The notes beneath the pieces were generated by a model. It saw only the letters and a list, made by a program, of their open reading frames with translations. It was not told where the DNA came from and searched no databases. DNA of 63,216 bases, filler included, from Sphacelaria rigidula (lineage: Eukaryota): assembly GCA_964200075.2 (NCBI GenBank). It is 6 parts of 6 records of this genome, joined end to end, with 100 filler letters (N's around TTAATTAATTAA, not from the genome) between each part and the next. Parts side by side here need not be neighbours in the genome. Positions count along the whole stretch, not along the records: positions 52,765 to 63,216 come from CAXNAA020006466.1; 5 more parts are not named here. One strand, written 5' to 3'. The position numbers and the translations under genes were made by a program. Of the stretch, positions 58,901-63,216 are shown in pieces (within the stretch, counting starts at the first letter, position 1; each line of letters begins with the position of its first letter).

Positions 58901-59269
58901 AAACAATGTCATCCATGATTTGAATTGGGTAAAGGCATGTTGCTGGCGGGGCCCCGCTTCCCAGAAACTCAAGGCACATGACTTGCGTGCTTAATTACTT
59001 TTACAACACCTTACCGAAAAGGGCTGTGTAAACATTGAGCAACTTTGTTTCATTCTGTCTACTCGAGCTTACTCCGGGGAGTGTCTCCGTGCACGTACGC
59101 CGGGTACGCCTGCCTTGCGAGCACGGCTGGATCGACAGCAGATCAATTCACGAGACAGTCGGGTAGATCAATCGTATCGATAGAACGTGCTGGCCACCCA
59201 ACGCCCCCACATCCTCCCCGAACATGTCCCCTACCAACGCTGTTCTGACTTGACCTCCTCCGCTAATGT

Positions 59270-59960
59270 CGGAACTTCCTACCATGCACCGGGGGTAGTT
59301 GTGCTTGCAACGGTATCACCCGTACGCATTACTCTAGAACCTGACACACCGCCGCTTCTTGCTGGCGAGTGCTTGGGGCGCGGGTGCGATTGTCACCACA
59401 ACCACGACCCCACCGACATGTCGCTAACATACAGACGAGATACGCTGCAGCGCCCGACGCGAGAACCCATCTGCATATGGCTGGATGACGACGGCCAGCT
59501 CGATACCATCCTGGGACTGGAGCCGGACTGGGGAAAGCTACCTCGGTGGAAATCCAGTGGTGTGGACGACACAACGCGGGACGGGGAGACGGTCGTGAGG
59601 TGGTCGAACATGGTGAAGGTGGGGAGGTGTCGCCCTGCCCACTCTTACCACGTTCCACCACCCTGCGACCGTCCCCGCGTCCCGCTTCATATCGCCCACG
59701 GCACTGTATTGCCACGGAGGTAGCTTCCCCTCGTCCGGCTCGTATCCCGGGATGATATCAGCTGACCGTAGTCGTCCATCCACATGCAGATCGGCTCATT
59801 AGTTGCGGCACGGCAGGAAATCACGTCGGGGTCTTGGCGACATGTCGGCGGGGACCTTCGTGTGGTGACTACCGCACCCGGCGGTGTGTCAGGTCCTATC
59901 GTAGAGCGCGCGGAAGATGCCGTACTTGGCACAAGCACAGCCGGTGCATGGTAGAACGTT
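59270..59960. repeat. ~690-bp GC-rich imperfect palindrome with almost no spacer
   Basis: ctaccatgcaccgg/ccggtgcatggtag, cctgacacaccgccg/cggcggtgtgtcagg, gagccggac/gtccggctc, agctacctc/gaggtagct; centre ~59628. Confidence 0.85.
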
Positions 59961-60202
59961 TTGCGCTAGGACTAAGAGTGCGGCGAAGAAGACCTCGAGG
60001 TGTGGAGGTACCGCAGTGAAGGACGAGGAGGCGGGGGGCGAGGGGCGAGGTGAGCTGTGTAGATTGATGTTCTCGTTCGATAGTGTTGCGGTGGTTTTTT
60101 CGGCATCTTCCACTGACTTGGATACATGAAGAATCGCATGGATTCCGCAGCTGAACTGTACGAAATATCACAGGTCGACATCCCCTCCCCCCCCCCCCCC
60201 CT

Positions 60203-60771
60203 GCTCCAACGAGAACCCGCCTCGCGCCGTCCCGGCTTTGTTAGGGCGGACCCCTGATGTGGTTGTCGTCGGTTGGCGGTGGCGCTGTTCAACACGTCAC
60301 TCACTGCGTAAGCTAAGCAACCAGGTTAGCATGGTTTTTCGCGCGTTTGCGGTTTGTTTCTGTGGTAAGGATGATGGTAGTCGAGCCAGACCATGATGTG
60401 CGCCGTGGGAAAACCTCAACTTCGCACGATGAGGATGATCGTATTATGTGGTGTTCACATGGTGAGACATCCATGAGGCAGTGCATAAGCCGTGGCCGTC
60501 TGTGGAAGTGGCGATGTCAGATATTTAGGCAACTCATTGTAGGCTGTCATCCAAATGCAAGATAATCAGTGGTCTTCGGGCCGAACAAATTTAGCAGGAT
60601 GCAGCTCACCCTCCATGCGACTCGCCGAACACACCACGGCGTGTCGCGATTGGTGATTGAGTGCGAGCTTGGTCCGGTGAAAGCCCGGCGTGCTCCGTCC
60701 CGACTTTGTAGATATGCTTGGCCGATGTCCTCATGATTATGGCATGCATGATCATGAGTACACCCCCCCCC
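60203..60771 (+). mobile_element. Family B retroposon (full length, C-run on both sides)
   Basis: Preceded by a C-run at 60182-60201; ends GAGTACA-C9. Confidence 0.88.
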
Positions 60772-63216
60772 GGAACATCTCGCTCACCATACCTTCCGTC
60801 ACTCCCCTCGAAATATTGTGCCTGAAGCTGGGCACGTTCCAACATGTTGCTTTTCGATGTCTGTCAGCCATGGAGATGTCGGCAACACTGTGCTTGTCGC
60901 GTTTTCTATCCTTGAGATGCTCGTATGTTAACCCGCCTAATCGAAGCCCTGGTTCCCAAGGCCGAACCCACCACCTATACTTCCAAACTCTTGGATGAAA
61001 CAGGCTACCGTACATCCGTGCGAGCCATCCGTCAAACGGAGAATTGAAGCCCGTGCTTTTTTTTCATCGGGCAAGACCCCAGAAAATGTGGTGTGCCGAT
61101 CCCCGAGGCCTAAGGAAGAGTACAAGACCCGGTTCTCGTGGTTTTCTCAGACCTGGCGCGACATCCGCAACGCGGAGTCAGAGATCGCAGAGGACAGCAC
61201 AGTGGCCATAGTGCTTCCGGGCGATTACTGATGAATGGGCCAGGTGTTATAGCGGTAGACGAGTCGAGTACAGGGGTCAACCATGGCATTTGAGGTTCGA
61301 TGCGGGGTTCGTTTTTGTTTTGTTCGCTTTCGCTTTGGCTTTTTCTCTTATCGTCGGTGAAATTCCGCATACAGTAGATACTCAGTGCGTCGTTGTTATC
61401 ATGTGCGGCACTTTATGGCTCGCTGGTGGTTTCAGTATTTTGCTGTCCAACTCTTGGGACAACATGCATCTTGCCGCTGTGTTTTCAACATCATTGGTTC
61501 GTTTCTTCGTCATGATCATGTTCCCCACTAAAAGAAACATGTGTAAAATAGTGTGAACATGGAGTCTCGAGTGATCAGCTTCCAGCTAGAGCTAATGATG
61601 TGACTGCAATCTTGGGCGTGTCACGTGAAGCCTCCAAATGGCTGTTGGTATCGTTCCTCTTTCGAATGCTTCAAAAGCAGCGACGATGCGAGCAATCCTA
61701 GCTAGATATCCCAAAACTCTTCGCGAAGCATGGAATGGACCGGCGGTTGGCTTCTGTTCTGTGGAGCGTTCATGCTGAACGTTTATTCCACTTCAAGAGT
61801 TAGAACGTCTCAACCTTGCTCGAGCTCGACAACCCGAATGACATACATGCACCAGGTCGCGCCAACGCACGAAACGCACACCGATATGTTGCAATCCAAC
61901 AACGTAAAAATGGCATATGAACTAAGTCGGTCAATTGCTGGCGCTCCATCGCCCGAAATTCTATGCACCACCCACACTGGATGTCTCAAACGTCAGCACA
62001 TCTCCATAGGCCATCAATAGCCGGCGTCGCAGTTGGGACACCTTTCCATAGAAGACCAAAGCGGAGACCTCGACCTTTACACAAACACAAGCACCGGCCA
62101 GGACAAACACGGCAGAAATGGAACAAAGGCACCCAAATCGATGATGGATCGAATGCTCAACCTGAAGACATTATTTCTCGTGTTGGATAAAAGCAACGCA
62201 ACATGTGCACCCAATGGAAGTCGGAACACTCTAAGCACTCAACTTACATTGAAATGCCGATCAGCCATACACCATCTCCCGCAGTACAGGCAAAGCAATA
62301 AGCGCCCTTCGCTCCTCCCTCCACAGCACAGCACACAGAAATCGAGAGTATGCATGTTTGGGTGATATCGTAGGTGACGGGCTGTACCACTCCTTGGGTG
62401 GTGAGTTTCCGGCCTCATCATGCTTTCGCCGAGAAAGCAGCAAATGAATGACGCCTTGCCGGAGTATCCCGTTGCCTGTGGCCTGTGAACTGGACGTCAT
62501 TTTGGGAAATTGCACGTTCCAAAAAGTCGAGTTCAAAAAGCAGCCATATCCCGGCCGAGAGACATTCACGCTCCGTCACCAGTTCTGGCACTGTACACCC
62601 GCGTGATGATGGCGATACACGCAAGTGGTGCATAGTACGGTGACCACGAAAATTTGTCATATTCAAACAATGACTCGTCGAGACTACAAAATTGATAAGT
62701 TTGCTTGCGATGCTGCTACTTGATTAAAATGTTCAGTATTTTAGTATTGTGGTATTCCAATTTTCAAATTGGTTGTTGTCTCAGGCTATTCCAGATTCGG
62801 CATTAGATTGCTGTGACAGAAAACACTCTCGTTTTTTTCGGAATACTTTTTAAAAAACGAGCAAAAAGTTTAAAAAAACGAAGAGAACTTTTTGAAAAAC
62901 AAGCAGAACTTTTCGTAAAACTGCTCGAACCATGACGCCATTATATGGAGTACAGGGTAGTATACTCAAAACAAGATAGTTTTGCAGTGGTGTATGCAGT
63001 ACAGAGTACTACACTCAACACAAAATAACACAGCAGTTATGCAGCATCACGAGAAATCACGCGCCGTTCTAATCGCGTTCCGCACGAGAAAGAGAAGAAG
63101 CAACAGCAGCAGTATCAGCAGCATCTTTACTGCCAGCAGATGTACGCGGCTGGGGGTGGGTCTAAATCAGCCGGTGCCGATTCGTGTGTGTGTCAGCGCT
63201 GTCCAGCACGGTGGCT

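Overview
Repeat-rich eukaryotic DNA, most consistent with a brown alga (Phaeophyceae); this is inferred from the intron-rich host gene, the TE content and the type of phytochrome. The window is not contiguous. It joins six contigs sorted by size (1-10454, 10555-21007, 21108-31560, 31661-42112, 42213-52664, 52765-63216; 10454 to 10452 bp) with 100-nt N spacers containing TTAATTAATTAA, so adjacency across spacers means nothing. Two non-TE coding loci are visible. (1) An intact, intronless 932-aa phytochrome-type hybrid histidine kinase (PAS-GAF-PHY-HisKA-HATPase-REC; 33072-35870, minus), of the type known from phaeoviruses and brown algae. It has no recognisable viral neighbours and lies directly downstream of a decayed Plavaka-like transposase. 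(2) Four internal exons of a host cytochrome-b5-reductase-like FAD-binding protein whose RxY(T/S) motif is degenerate. The rest is mostly transposable elements: Ty3/Gypsy LTR elements, one with a candidate tRNA-independent self-priming structure; a LINE and a non-autonomous partner that end in oligo(C) and cluster at C-runs; a tRNA-derived SINE; a hAT element (8-bp TSD) nested in a TA-flanked TIR element; MITEs; foldbacks; and decayed DNA transposases. Family assignments come from motif recognition by eye; no searches were run.
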